DNA of 64,000 nucleotides from Actinomycetes bacterium. Its GTDB lineage: Bacteria > Actinomycetota > UBA4738 > HRBIN12. Under the pieces are notes generated by a model. That model did not search any database, was not told where the DNA came from, and worked only from the letters and a program-made list of their open reading frames with translations. A program made the position numbers and the translations under genes. Within the stretch, counting starts at the first letter, position 1. Each line of letters starts with the position of its first letter. Shown piece by piece: positions 18,944-28,652 of the stretch. The stretch covers positions 30,125-94,124 of the forward strand of contig JANPEZ010000033.1 in assembly GCA_031423155.1 (NCBI GenBank), in the 5' to 3' direction.

Positions 18944-20554
18944 TCAGACGGCGTCGTGGACGACCCGTCCGGCCGCAAGGGTCATCTGAACCTTCGTGTC
19001 CCCCAGGGGACCAGGCTCGAAGACGTTGCGGTCGGCGACGACCAGATCGGCTCGCTTGCCGACCTCTATCGAACCGGCGTCGTCGTCGTGGTTGACGTAT
19101 GCGCTACCCCGGGTGAAAGCCGCAAGACAGGTCGGCAGGTCCAGAGCCTGTTCGGGAAGCAATGGTTCGCCGTCGCGGTTGCCCGGGTCGGTCCGGGTGA
19201 TGGCGACCTCCATCTCCAGGAAGGGGTTGGGCGAGCTGACTCCCCAGTCGCTCCCCATAGCCAGAACGGCACCGGAGCGCTGCATGTCTGCGAACGGGTA
19301 GAGCATCCGCGCGCGGTCGGGGCCAACCTTGGAGAGGGTCAGCTCCTCCATCTGGGGATCGTTGCAAGCCCAGAGGGGCTGGCAGTTCGCGACGACTCCG
19401 AGAGGGCGGAACCTCGAGACGTCTTGCGGCGTAACGAACTGCAGATGCGCGATGTGGTGGCGCAGGTCGCTCATGCCGTTTGCTGCTCGGGCGACTTCGA
19501 CGGCGTCCAATGCCTGCCGCACGGCCCTGTCGCCTATCGCGTGCATGTGAACCTGGAACTCGGCCGCGTCCAGCAGGGTCAGCGCTTCCTTCAGCGGTTC
19601 CGCATCCACGTATGAGATGCCCAATGGTCGGTCGCCTTCCCCGCACGGACCGAGATAGGGATCCAGCAGAGCGCAGGTGCAGTTCTCGACGACGCCGTCG
19701 GTCATGATCTTGACGGTGCTCGCTCGCAGGCGACCCCCGTCGGCCCAGGAGCGTTGCTCCTGAAAGCCCTCAACCTGCGAGGCGCCGCCGTGACGATCCC
19801 ACCAAAGCGCCGCCGAGACCCGCGCCGTGAGTTCGCCCGAGTCGGCCATCTCGCGGTAGACCTTCAACAGGTCGGGGCGTACCCAAGCGTCCTGCCAACC
19901 CGTGATCCCCAGAGGGTGCAGGAAACGCTGCGCGCGCAGGATCGCCTCCTTCCACTCGGACGCGTCCGGCTGTGGAACGAACCGTTCGTAGAACGAGTAC
20001 GCGGCTCCCTCGTGAAGCGAGCCGGTCGGCTCACCCGACGACGGGTCCTTCACGATGCGCCCGTCCCACGGATCGGGGGTCGAGGCATCTATCCCGGCCA
20101 GCTCCAGCGCCCGCGAGTTCACCCAGGCTCCGTGCACATCTTTGTTCATCAAGAACACGGGCCGGCCGGGCACGATCGTGTCCAGATCTCGCTTGTCGGG
20201 GTTGCCTCCCGGGAAGTCGAACATCGCCCATCCCCCGCCGATGATCCAGGGCTCATCGGGATGCACGGCCGCGTACTCGCCGATGTGATCGAGGTAGGCG
20301 CTCTTTCCCGAGAGGTGATCCAGGCGTACCCTCCCGAGGTCGCGGCCGGCGAAGGCCGGATGGATGTGGGCGTCGTGGAATCCCGGCAGGATCATCGGAC
20401 CGCGCACGACCTCGGCTTTGGGACCAGCAGCCTCGCGAACCTCCTCCTCGGTTCCGACCGCCGTTATCCGGTCCCCGGTGATGGCCACGGCCCGCGCCCA
20501 ACTCCGCGCGGCGTCCACCGTGTACACGTCTCCGAGCAGGACCAGGTCCGCCAT
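18944..20554 (-). CDS. amidohydrolase-3 family metal-dependent hydrolase
   Basis: MADLVLLGDVYTVD...ILPGFHDAHIHP (HxH metal site)...HAIGDRAV...GSDWGV. The ORF-track 168-aa N-terminal extension is rejected. Confidence 0.8.
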   Translation of the reverse strand: MADLVLLGDVYTVDAARSWARAVAITGDRITAVGTEEEVREAAGPKAEVVRGPMILPGFHDAHIHPAFAGRDLGRVRLDHLSGKSAYLDHIGEYAAVHPDEPWIIGGGWAMFDFPGGNPDKRDLDTIVPGRPVFLMNKDVHGAWVNSRALELAGIDASTPDPWDGRIVKDPSSGEPTGSLHEGAAYSFYERFVPQPDASEWKEAILRAQRFLHPLGITGWQDAWVRPDLLKVYREMADSGELTARVSAALWWDRHGGASQVEGFQEQRSWADGGRLRASTVKIMTDGVVENCTCALLDPYLGPCGEGDRPLGISYVDAEPLKEALTLLDAAEFQVHMHAIGDRAVRQALDAVEVARAANGMSDLRHHIAHLQFVTPQDVSRFRPLGVVANCQPLWACNDPQMEELTLSKVGPDRARMLYPFADMQRSGAVLAMGSDWGVSSPNPFLEMEVAITRTDPGNRDGEPLLPEQALDLPTCLAAFTRGSAYVNHDDDAGSIEVGKRADLVVADRNVFEPGPLGDTKVQMTLAAGRVVHDAV

Positions 20555-20629
20555 GGCGGGGCACGCTAGTCGCTCGGCCCCGGCCTCACAACCGGGCGGC
20601 GTAGACTTCGCCCTCGTGAGGACCATCAC

Positions 20630-21214
20630 ATGCAACTGACCCCCACCGAAGAAGAGCGCCTGCGGGTCTTCACCGCGGCCGAACTCGCTCGCAAGATTCT
20701 GGCCCGCGGACTGAAGTTGAGCGCTCCCGAAGCGGTAGCACTGGCGTGCGACGAGATGCACATGGCCGCGCGTGCGGGGGCCTCTTACGACGAGGTCGTT
20801 GCGGCCGGCTTCGCCGCCGTCGGCCCCGACCGAGTGATCGAAGGTGTCGCCGACATCGCGGCCGAGATCAGGGTCGAGGTCTCGATGGACGACGGCTCCA
20901 GGCTCGTCGTCTTGAGAGAGCCCTTCGGCCCGGCTGCAGACGGGGGCCCCGGGTCGGTCGCGTTCGCCGAGGGAGACATCGCGCTTGCGCCCGGGCGCGC
21001 ACGGATCCGGCTGAGCGTCACCAACACCTCGACCAAACCCGTGCGCGTTTCCTCTCATTTCCCGTTCGCGGAGACCAACGCCAAGCTCTCGTTCGACCGA
21101 GAAGCCGCCCGGGGGTTCCGGCTAGACCTGGCCGCCGGAGATTCACTGAGATGGGCGCCCGGCGAGACCAAGGAAGCCCCCCTGGTCGCGTACGCAGGCC
21201 AAAGCGATGCCTGA
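20630..21214 (+). CDS. ureAB: urease gamma-beta fused subunit
   Basis: N-terminal MQLTPTEEERLRVFTAAELARKILARGLKLSAPEAVAL matches UreA. C-terminal GDIALAPGRARIRLSVTNTSTKPVRVSSHFPFAETNAKLSFDREAARGFRLDLAAGDSLRW matches UreB. Confidence 0.9.
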   Translation: MQLTPTEEERLRVFTAAELARKILARGLKLSAPEAVALACDEMHMAARAGASYDEVVAAGFAAVGPDRVIEGVADIAAEIRVEVSMDDGSRLVVLREPFGPAADGGPGSVAFAEGDIALAPGRARIRLSVTNTSTKPVRVSSHFPFAETNAKLSFDREAARGFRLDLAAGDSLRWAPGETKEAPLVAYAGQSDA

Positions 21215-22901
21215 GTCCATCTCGCGGGCCGAACACGCCCTCCGCCACGGCCCGACCACCGGGGACATCGTGCGCTTGGGCGACACGAACCTTCACATCC
21301 GGATCGAACGGGACCTGACCGACCCTGCCGACCAGGCGCTGTGGGGATACGCGAAGAACTTCCGCTCGAGGATGAGCCAGTTCGACCGCGCGACCTCCGA
21401 GAGCGAGCTGGACGCCGTGATCGGCGGGGCCATCGTGATCGACCCCACGATAGGCATCGTCAAGGCCGACGTCGGCATCAAGGACGGCCGCATCGTCGGC
21501 ATAGGACGGGCCGGCAACCCCGACATCACCGACGGCGTCGACCTGACGATCGGACCGGGAACCTGGCCCATCCCTTGCCACGGCCTGATCATCACCGCCG
21601 GCGCGATCGATACCCATGTTCACCTGCTCTCGCCGCGGCTGATCCCTGTGGCTCTTTCCGCCGGGGTAACGACGTTGATCACTGCGGGTTTCGAGGAGCC
21701 CGCGTGGCGGATGCTTCGAACCCTAGAGGCCTTCGAGCGCACTCCGGTCAACATCGGCATCCAAGCGTCCGCTCGTACCGAGGTGCCGGGTTACGCCGAG
21801 AGGGTCATCGAGTCCGGCGCGGTCGGTCTGAAGATCCACGAGGATTGGGGCGCCTACCCGCGCATCGTCGACGCGACCTGCTCGGTGGCCGACGCCTACG
21901 ACGTCGCGGTGTGCATGCACACGGATGGCCTGAACGAGTCGTGCGAACTGGATGAGACCGTCGCCGCCATCGCCGGACGGACCGTGCACGCCTACCACGT
22001 CGAGGGCACGGGGGGCGGTCACATCCCCGACCTGCTCGCGATCGTGCGAGAGCCGAACGTCATCTGCTCCTCCACCACTCCGGGTCTGCCGTACGGAGTC
22101 TCGGCCGCGAGCGAAGCCGTGGACATGATCCTCATCGCCCACGAGGGGAACCCCGGCGTGCTTGCGGACCTGGAGGGCGCGCGGGAGCGCGTTCGCCACA
22201 CGACGATGGCCGCCGAGGGACCGCTGCACGAGCTGGGCGCCATATCCATCATCAACAGCGACTCGCAGGGGATGGGCCGCATCGGCGAGACCGTGCGCAG
22301 AACCTGGCAGCTCGCCCACGTGATGAAAGCGTGGCGCGGGACCGAAGCGGGCTCGCGGTGGCTGCCCGACGAAGGGACCGACGACAATGAGCGCGTCCTC
22401 AGGTACCTGGCGAAGTACACCATCGAGCCGGCCATCACGCACGGCATCTCAGGGGAAGTCGGCTCGCTTGTGCCCGGCCATCTGGCCGACCTGGTCCTTT
22501 GGGATCCGGCCTCCTTCGGCGCGAAGCCGTTGGCCGTGATGAAGGGTGGGGTCGTTTCCTGGAGCGCGATGGGCGAAGGCAACGCCTCGATCCACGGATC
22601 CGAACCGACGCGATACGGCCCAGACTGGGGCGCGGAAGGTGACGCGTCAGCTGCCCTTTCCACCACCTTCGTCTCGGCCGCCGCAAGAGATCGGGATATC
22701 GCGGCGACCCTGGGTACCCGCAGGCGCGTCGTCGCGGTCGCAGGGACCAGAGGATTGAGCCGAGCAGACCTGCTCCTCAACCGGAGCATCGCCACGATCG
22801 AGGTCGCGCCCGGGGATGGAACCGTGACCCTGGACGGTCGCGTCCTGGCCGCCGAACCCGTCCGCGAAGTTCCCCTGGGCCGGCGCTACTTCCTCTCGTA
22901 G
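21207..22901 (+). CDS. ureC: urease alpha subunit
   Basis: 564 aa with GAIDTHVHL, KIHEDWGA, MHTDGLNE and INSDSQGMGR motifs. 8-nt ATGCCTGA overlap with ureAB. Confidence 0.9.
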   Translation: MPESISRAEHALRHGPTTGDIVRLGDTNLHIRIERDLTDPADQALWGYAKNFRSRMSQFDRATSESELDAVIGGAIVIDPTIGIVKADVGIKDGRIVGIGRAGNPDITDGVDLTIGPGTWPIPCHGLIITAGAIDTHVHLLSPRLIPVALSAGVTTLITAGFEEPAWRMLRTLEAFERTPVNIGIQASARTEVPGYAERVIESGAVGLKIHEDWGAYPRIVDATCSVADAYDVAVCMHTDGLNESCELDETVAAIAGRTVHAYHVEGTGGGHIPDLLAIVREPNVICSSTTPGLPYGVSAASEAVDMILIAHEGNPGVLADLEGARERVRHTTMAAEGPLHELGAISIINSDSQGMGRIGETVRRTWQLAHVMKAWRGTEAGSRWLPDEGTDDNERVLRYLAKYTIEPAITHGISGEVGSLVPGHLADLVLWDPASFGAKPLAVMKGGVVSWSAMGEGNASIHGSEPTRYGPDWGAEGDASAALSTTFVSAAARDRDIAATLGTRRRVVAVAGTRGLSRADLLLNRSIATIEVAPGDGTVTLDGRVLAAEPVREVPLGRRYFLS

Positions 22902-22952
22902 CCCCGAAGCGCTACCCCAGAACGTGTTGCAGGATCGCACTGGCTCCTGCAC

Positions 22953-22978
22953 ACTCCCCGTGAAAGTCCGAGGGGAGT
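22953..22978 (+). promoter_or_regulatory. stem-loop (ACTCCCC-12 nt-GGGGAGT) sequestering the putative SD of the downstream ABC ATPase gene
   Basis: Perfect 7-bp inverted repeat. Its 3' arm AGGGGAG is the only SD-like element, 11 nt upstream of the potA-like ATG at 22989. It could alternatively be a ureC terminator. Confidence 0.35.
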
Positions 22979-22988
22979 CCGCGACACC

Positions 22989-24125
22989 ATGAGGGCAGAG
23001 AACGGTTCCGTCCTGCTGATCGACGTCACCAAGCACTTCGGCTCGGTGACCGCCGTCGACGGCATCAACCTTCAGGTCGAGCCCGGGGAGTTCCTATCGC
23101 TGCTCGGGCCCTCCGGGTGCGGCAAGACCACCACTCTTCGGATGCTCGCGGGCTTCGAAGACCCCGATGGCGGGGAGATCCGTATCTCAGGGTATGCGGT
23201 GCAGGGGATCCCACCTCACAAACGCGACGTGAATACCGTCTTTCAGAACTACGCGCTCTTCCCTCACATGACGGTCTCGGAGAACGTGGCCTACGGACTC
23301 CGCCAGAAGAAGGTCGACAAGGCAGAGATCGGCAGGCGCGTCGGCGAGGCTCTCGAGATGGTCAAGATGAGCAAGCTGGCAGGACGCAAGCCTCGCGAGA
23401 TGTCCGGGGGTCAGCAGCAGAGGATCGCGCTGGCTCGCGCGCTCGTGAACCGGCCGAGCCTGCTGCTTCTGGACGAGCCCCTGGGTGCCCTGGACCGCAA
23501 ACTCCGCGAGGAGATGCAGATCGAGCTCAAGCTCCTGCAGTCGCAGGTGGGGATCACCTTCATCTTCGTCACCCACGACCAGGACGAGGCGCTGTCGATG
23601 AGCGACCGGATCGCCGTCATGCTCGATGGCCGCGTCGAGCAGCTGGGAGACCCGGACACCATCTACGACCACCCCGAGACCGCCTTCGTAGCCGGCTTCA
23701 TCGGAAAGCAGAACTTCTTCGAGGGAACGGCTCGAGACCAAGGCCGGACCGTCCAAGGGGATGGCTGGACCTTCCGCACGGCCCTGGAGCCGGTCGGCGC
23801 CGCGGATGGACTAGCGGCGCTGGCCGCCGTCCGGCCCGAGGCGATAACGGTTTCGAGCGCAGAGACTCCCGGGGCGCAGAACGCGATCTCGGGGACGCTG
23901 GCGAACGTCTCTCATCTGGGAGACGTGATCCAGTTCGTCATCCTGACCCCGGGGCGCAAGGAGATCATCGCGCGGCTACCTCGCCCGCGCGCTCCTCGCC
24001 TGGAGGTCGGATCCACCGTTTGGTGCTCATGGGACGCGGACCACACCCACGTCTTCGGAGCAGATCAGGCGGCGAAGGTCTTGGCCGACCCTGCCGCGGG
24101 TGCGGCGGTTATGGCGGCCGAGTAG
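22989..24125 (+). CDS. ABC transporter ATP-binding protein, PotA/spermidine-putrescine importer type
   Basis: Walker A GPSGCGKTT, signature LSGGQQQRIALARAL, and a C-terminal TOBE-like regulatory domain. Confidence 0.85.
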   Translation: MRAENGSVLLIDVTKHFGSVTAVDGINLQVEPGEFLSLLGPSGCGKTTTLRMLAGFEDPDGGEIRISGYAVQGIPPHKRDVNTVFQNYALFPHMTVSENVAYGLRQKKVDKAEIGRRVGEALEMVKMSKLAGRKPREMSGGQQQRIALARALVNRPSLLLLDEPLGALDRKLREEMQIELKLLQSQVGITFIFVTHDQDEALSMSDRIAVMLDGRVEQLGDPDTIYDHPETAFVAGFIGKQNFFEGTARDQGRTVQGDGWTFRTALEPVGAADGLAALAAVRPEAITVSSAETPGAQNAISGTLANVSHLGDVIQFVILTPGRKEIIARLPRPRAPRLEVGSTVWCSWDADHTHVFGADQAAKVLADPAAGAAVMAAE

Positions 24126-24148
24126 AGCAAGGACGAGAGGGGGAAGCA

Positions 24149-25333
24149 GTGAAAGATCCGAACGTGAACCTGAACATCCTGGCCAGCCCTGAGGCGGCCA
24201 GGCAGCTCAGCCGTAGGGCATTCCTCGGGGGCTCAGTGGTGGCTGCGCTTTCCGGCAGCGTGATCCTGTCGGCATGCGCCAAGGGTAGTTCCTCGGTCGC
24301 AGGAGGCCCCACCGGTGGCGCGACCGCGGGCCCGATGGAGGACACACTGAACTTCTATCACTGGGCCGAGTACGACGACCCGAAGCTGTTCAAGAAGTTC
24401 ACCGACGACTTCGGTCCAGCGACGAAGATCGACGTCTACGCCTCCAACGAAGAGATGATCGCCAAGCTGGTGGCGGCAGCCGGAACCAGCGGATACGACG
24501 TCGTCGTGCCGACCGGCGTCTACATCCCCCAGATGGTCGAGAACGGCCTGCTGTCCGAACTCGACCTGACCCGGCTGCCGAACTTCGCCAACGTCGAGGA
24601 GCAATACAAGAACCAGCCATGGGATCCGGGCAACAAGCACTCGGTCTGCAAGGACTGGGGCTCCACCGGCTGGCTGGTCGACACCTCGCTCGTGACTGCG
24701 CCGATCGTGACGTGGTCGGACTTCATCGACACATGCATGGGTGAGGCTTCCGGAAACTGCTCGGTCCTGGACGCGCCGGGCAACCTCACCGGCATCTACT
24801 TCTGGGCCAACGGCATCGACTGGACCACCGAGGACCCTGCCGACCTGGATGCCTGCGAGGCTTTCATCGTCGATGAGCTCGCTCCTCACGTGAAAGCGTT
24901 CGACTCCTACCCGGGCATCGCGCTCACCCAGGGCAACTACGCGATCTCTAACGCCTGGAACGGTGATGCGAGGCAAGGGCTCCTCGCGGTCAAGGACCCT
25001 GAGCGCTACGCCTGGGGTCTGGGTTCGCCCGAGACCGAGCTGTGGATGGACAACTGGTGCATCCTTGCGGACGCGCCTCACCCGAACGCTGCCTACGGCT
25101 GGATCGATTTCATCCTCGATCCGGCGACCTCGCTGCAGGACCTTCAGTTCCACGGTTACAACACCGGCATCACAGGGGTGCAGGAGGCGGCGCAGGCTGC
25201 GGGCTTCGAGTTCCTGGATATCGTCTTCTTCACCGACGAGCAGGTGGCCACGATGAAGGCCGGCGCCGTGAACTCCGCTAGCCAGCGTCTCGTGGACATC
25301 TGGAACAAGGCAAAGGCCGCGGCGGGCGGCTAG
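24149..25333 (+). CDS. PotD/PotF-family periplasmic substrate-binding lipoprotein (Tat-type signal)
   Basis: GTG start. SRRAFLGGSVVAALSGSVILSAC is a twin-arginine plus lipobox signal; the rest resembles an SBP fold. Upstream SD GAGAGGGGGA. Confidence 0.8.
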   Translation: MKDPNVNLNILASPEAARQLSRRAFLGGSVVAALSGSVILSACAKGSSSVAGGPTGGATAGPMEDTLNFYHWAEYDDPKLFKKFTDDFGPATKIDVYASNEEMIAKLVAAAGTSGYDVVVPTGVYIPQMVENGLLSELDLTRLPNFANVEEQYKNQPWDPGNKHSVCKDWGSTGWLVDTSLVTAPIVTWSDFIDTCMGEASGNCSVLDAPGNLTGIYFWANGIDWTTEDPADLDACEAFIVDELAPHVKAFDSYPGIALTQGNYAISNAWNGDARQGLLAVKDPERYAWGLGSPETELWMDNWCILADAPHPNAAYGWIDFILDPATSLQDLQFHGYNTGITGVQEAAQAAGFEFLDIVFFTDEQVATMKAGAVNSASQRLVDIWNKAKAAAGG

Positions 25334-26263
25334 ATGGTCCAGCGTGTAGCTGAGTCCGAAGCGGGGGCCCGGAGGATCCGGGCTCCCCGCTTCGTGATGG
25401 CGCTGCCGGCATGGGTCTGGTTCATGTTCTTCTTCACGATCCCGGTACTTTGGATCGTCTACTACTCGTTCGGTTACAAGCCGGACATCTTCCACACGAT
25501 AGCGACCGACAGGCTGTCACTGGACAGTTACAGGGAAGCCCTCAGCCCAACCTTCTTCAAGGTCTTCTCCCAAACGCTCCGGATCTCGCTCATCGGAACA
25601 GGGCTCTGCCTGCTCATCGGTTTCCCCTTCGCCTACTGGCTGGCGACGCGCGTGGCGGCAAGGTGGCGGGGAGTCCTGCTCGGGCTGGTCATCGTGCCGT
25701 TCTTCGTGAACTTCTTGGTCAGGACCATCGGGTGGCTGATCATCCTTTCACCGCAAGGGCCCTTGTCCACGCTCCTGCAGGACCTGGGGCTACGGAGCGA
25801 GCCGCTGCACCTGCTTCAGACCGTCGGCGCGGTACAACTCGGTGTCGTCTACAACTACCTGGCCCTGATGATCTTCCCGTTGTTCGTAGCGCTGGACCGC
25901 CTCGACCCCTCGATGAGGGAGGCCTCGAAGGACCTGGGCGCCAACCGCTGGAAGACCTTCCGACAGGTGACGTTGCCGCTCGCCTCACCGGGCATCGTCG
26001 CCGGGTTGCTTCTCGTGTTCATCCCGCTCACGGGCGACTACATAACGGCGACGGTCCTTGGCGGGGCCAAGGGCAACATGGCCGGCGCCCTGGTCGCCAG
26101 CCAGTTCTCGGTCGCCCAGAACTGGTCGCTCGGCTCGGCCCAAGCCGTCATCTTGATCGTCATGATCCTGGGAGCGGTCGCGACCTTCGCGGCACTCGGT
26201 CTGGTTATCCGCACGATCGCGCGCGCTTCTCGCAAGATCACCCTCCCGGAGGTGGTCGCATGA
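25334..26263 (+). CDS. ABC transporter permease (PotB-like)
   Basis: 6 TM helices and an EAA-like loop region (ASKDLGANRWKTFRQVTLP). Confidence 0.8.
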   Translation: MVQRVAESEAGARRIRAPRFVMALPAWVWFMFFFTIPVLWIVYYSFGYKPDIFHTIATDRLSLDSYREALSPTFFKVFSQTLRISLIGTGLCLLIGFPFAYWLATRVAARWRGVLLGLVIVPFFVNFLVRTIGWLIILSPQGPLSTLLQDLGLRSEPLHLLQTVGAVQLGVVYNYLALMIFPLFVALDRLDPSMREASKDLGANRWKTFRQVTLPLASPGIVAGLLLVFIPLTGDYITATVLGGAKGNMAGALVASQFSVAQNWSLGSAQAVILIVMILGAVATFAALGLVIRTIARASRKITLPEVVA

Positions 26264-27144
26264 GCTCGGCCGTCGTACGGGGGGCCCGGCATCGCCGCGA
26301 CCTGACTAACCTCGCGCTGCGGCTGTGGGGGGTGCTGGTCTTCGTCTTCCTATTCCTGCCGATCCTGATGATCGTCATCTACTCCTTCAACAACGGCCGG
26401 GCTCTGCTCGTGTGGAACGGCTTCGGGTTCGACGGGTTCCATACGGGCCTGACGAACCCGACGATCACGAACGCGATCAAGACCTCGGTAGCCGCGGCCG
26501 CCGGCACCGCTTTCATCTCGACGATCCTGGGGTCGTTCGCGGGCATCGCACTCGCCCGGCGCAAAGGCAAGTGGACCCCTCTGTTCATGGGCCTGGTGTT
26601 CCTCATCCTTGTCACTCCCGAGATCGTCAACGCCATCGCGCTGCTCATCTGGTACGTGCGGATCGGCGGACCGTTCGGCCCCGACACAGCGATCCCGGCG
26701 ATCAGCTACGGGATGCTGCGCCTCTGGGTCGGGCACTCGCTCTTCTCCACAGCCGTCGTGACGCTGATCGTCCGTGCCCGCTTGGAGGGACTCGAGGAGT
26801 CCCTCGAGGAAGCGGCCGCGGACCTCTACGCGACCCCGACGAAGCGTTTCCGCGAGATCACACTGCCCCTGATGATGCCGGCGGTGCTGGCGGGAGCCTT
26901 ACTGTCGTTCAGCTTCAGCCTCGACGACACGATCATCTCTTCTTTCGTGAGCGTCGCTGGCGCCTCACCCTGGCCGGTCTACGTCTTCTCATCGATCAGG
27001 GCGGTCCTGCGGCCCGAGGTCGCCTCCATCTCGACCCTGCTCCTGCTCCTGACACTCATCGCGATCGCCTGCGTGGCGATCGTGCTGCGAAAGAGCGGGC
27101 AGTCGACCGAAGAGGTCGCCGGCACGATGACCGGAGTCGGCTAG
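26260..27144 (+). CDS. ABC transporter permease (PotC-like)
   Basis: ATGA start overlap with the upstream permease. 6 TM helices, ...[18 protein letters not shown]. Confidence 0.8.
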   Translation: MSSAVVRGARHRRDLTNLALRLWGVLVFVFLFLPILMIVIYSFNNGRALLVWNGFGFDGFHTGLTNPTITNAIKTSVAAAAGTAFISTILGSFAGIALARRKGKWTPLFMGLVFLILVTPEIVNAIALLIWYVRIGGPFGPDTAIPAISYGMLRLWVGHSLFSTAVVTLIVRARLEGLEESLEEAAADLYATPTKRFREITLPLMMPAVLAGALLSFSFSLDDTIISSFVSVAGASPWPVYVFSSIRAVLRPEVASISTLLLLLTLIAIACVAIVLRKSGQSTEEVAGTMTGVG

Positions 27145-28622
27145 CCGCCCGGGATCGACGCCGGTCCTGGCCCGGGGTGAGGATCCAAGATCAGGGGCGG
27201 TAGCGGCTCCTGAGTGAAGTCGAACTCGTCGCGGAGGTCGCCCAGGATCTTCACGTCCTCCCGAACCGTCGGGCGCGAGTCGGGCCGTCCGTCGGTCTTC
27301 GGATCCAGGCGCTGCCCCCCGAGGAACAGGTCCTCGATGAACTTGAGATACGCGTCGAACGATAGGACCTGCGAGTCGATGCCGGGCTTGACCCAGGGGC
27401 TGATGACTATGCCGGGAACCCTTAGGCCATAGCCGTTCTCATCGACCCTCGGGGGCAGCACATGGTCGTAGAAACCGCCCCAGTCATCCCAGGTCAAGAA
27501 GATCGCGCTCGTGGACCAGTAGTCGCTTCGCATCACCGCGTTGATCATCTTCGTTACGTAGGTCTGTCCCTTCGTCAGTGGCGCCCCGTTCCCCGGGTGC
27601 TCGCTGATGCCTCCCCCACCCGGAACCAGCCACGAGACGGTCGGCAGCGTTCCGTCCTTCAACGAAGCCAGGAACTCCCCGTGGGTCTTGATGTTGTCGA
27701 ACTGATCCGTCTCGTGCACGTCGGTGAAAGACGGCAGAGGGTTCTGGGCCGCGGTAGCCCCGTCGACGGGACAGGGCCTCTCTGTGCAGAGGGAGCCGCC
27801 CGGGTAGTACGCCCAGCTGACCCCGGCCTCGTGAAGCAGGTAGGTGATCGAGGTCCAGGCGTAGATCGGCGGGTGTGCCCCGATCCTCTGGCGATCGATC
27901 ACGTCGTCGACGTAAAGGTCCGACCGGCAGCTCATCGGATCGAAGGGGTCCGAGCAGGTGGCCGACCACGCGGAGACCAGGAACAGATGCGCGGGCAGGG
28001 TCCACGAGTCCGTCGGAGCGAACATACGGTCCTGCAACAGGTAGTTGTCCGCGTAGGCCCAGTAGTTGGGGATCTCGCGAGCATCGTGATAGCCCATGAC
28101 GTCGGGCTGGCCCTCCGGCCCCAGGTGACCCCCGCAGTCGGCAGGGGCGCGTGTCTTCGCACACGGGAAGGGACCTTCGCTGACCGCTCGCACGAAGCCG
28201 TCCATCTTCCCCTCGTTGACATCGATCAAGGCATGGGGGTGGGCGTGGGGCCCTCCGAGGTCGATCGGGGTCTCATCGTGATACGGCTTCGCGCAGCCGC
28301 CTGCAACCGGATCGGGAACGCAGGTTGTGAACTTGCCCGACGCGTTGACCGGGAGACCGTCGGCTCCGGGGTAGGTGCCGAAGTAGTGATCGAAGGAGCG
28401 ATTCTCCTGGACGATGAAGATGACGTGCTGGATGTTGTCGAATCCCTTCAGCCGTTCCACCGGAGGGACCGTGGCCGATGGAGAACCGGGCGCCGGCTCT
28501 CGGCTCGTGGTACAGGCTGCGAACGCCATGAGAGCGACGATCAAGGACGCGACAGGTCGGGGGCGGGTCACGGGCGGCGACCCTATCAGGGCCCGGCGGG
28601 TTGCGCAGCCCACCGGTAGCAT
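27141..28622 (-). CDS. secreted phosphoesterase, PlcN/AcpA family (phospholipase C / acid phosphatase), paralog 1
   Basis: Hallmark [21 protein letters not shown]...[14 protein letters not shown]-terminal lipoprotein-like signal [11 protein letters not shown]. Confidence 0.85.
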   Translation of the reverse strand: MLPVGCATRRALIGSPPVTRPRPVASLIVALMAFAACTTSREPAPGSPSATVPPVERLKGFDNIQHVIFIVQENRSFDHYFGTYPGADGLPVNASGKFTTCVPDPVAGGCAKPYHDETPIDLGGPHAHPHALIDVNEGKMDGFVRAVSEGPFPCAKTRAPADCGGHLGPEGQPDVMGYHDAREIPNYWAYADNYLLQDRMFAPTDSWTLPAHLFLVSAWSATCSDPFDPMSCRSDLYVDDVIDRQRIGAHPPIYAWTSITYLLHEAGVSWAYYPGGSLCTERPCPVDGATAAQNPLPSFTDVHETDQFDNIKTHGEFLASLKDGTLPTVSWLVPGGGGISEHPGNGAPLTKGQTYVTKMINAVMRSDYWSTSAIFLTWDDWGGFYDHVLPPRVDENGYGLRVPGIVISPWVKPGIDSQVLSFDAYLKFIEDLFLGGQRLDPKTDGRPDSRPTVREDVKILGDLRDEFDFTQEPLPPLILDPHPGPGPASIPGG

Positions 28623-28652
28623 GGGGTTAACTCGTCGAATGGAGAAGTCATC

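Noticed and set aside
23117-25333. 738-aa ORF appearing to fuse an N-terminal Arg-rich region to the substrate-binding protein
   Set aside because: Its first about 340 codons are an alternative frame of the PotA-like gene. The real SBP starts at the GTG at 24149 with its own SD and Tat-lipoprotein signal.
25411-27144. 577-aa ORF spanning both ABC permease genes
   Set aside because: Alternative frame through potB-like that joins the true potC-like frame. The two permeases are separate genes with an ATGA overlap at 26260.
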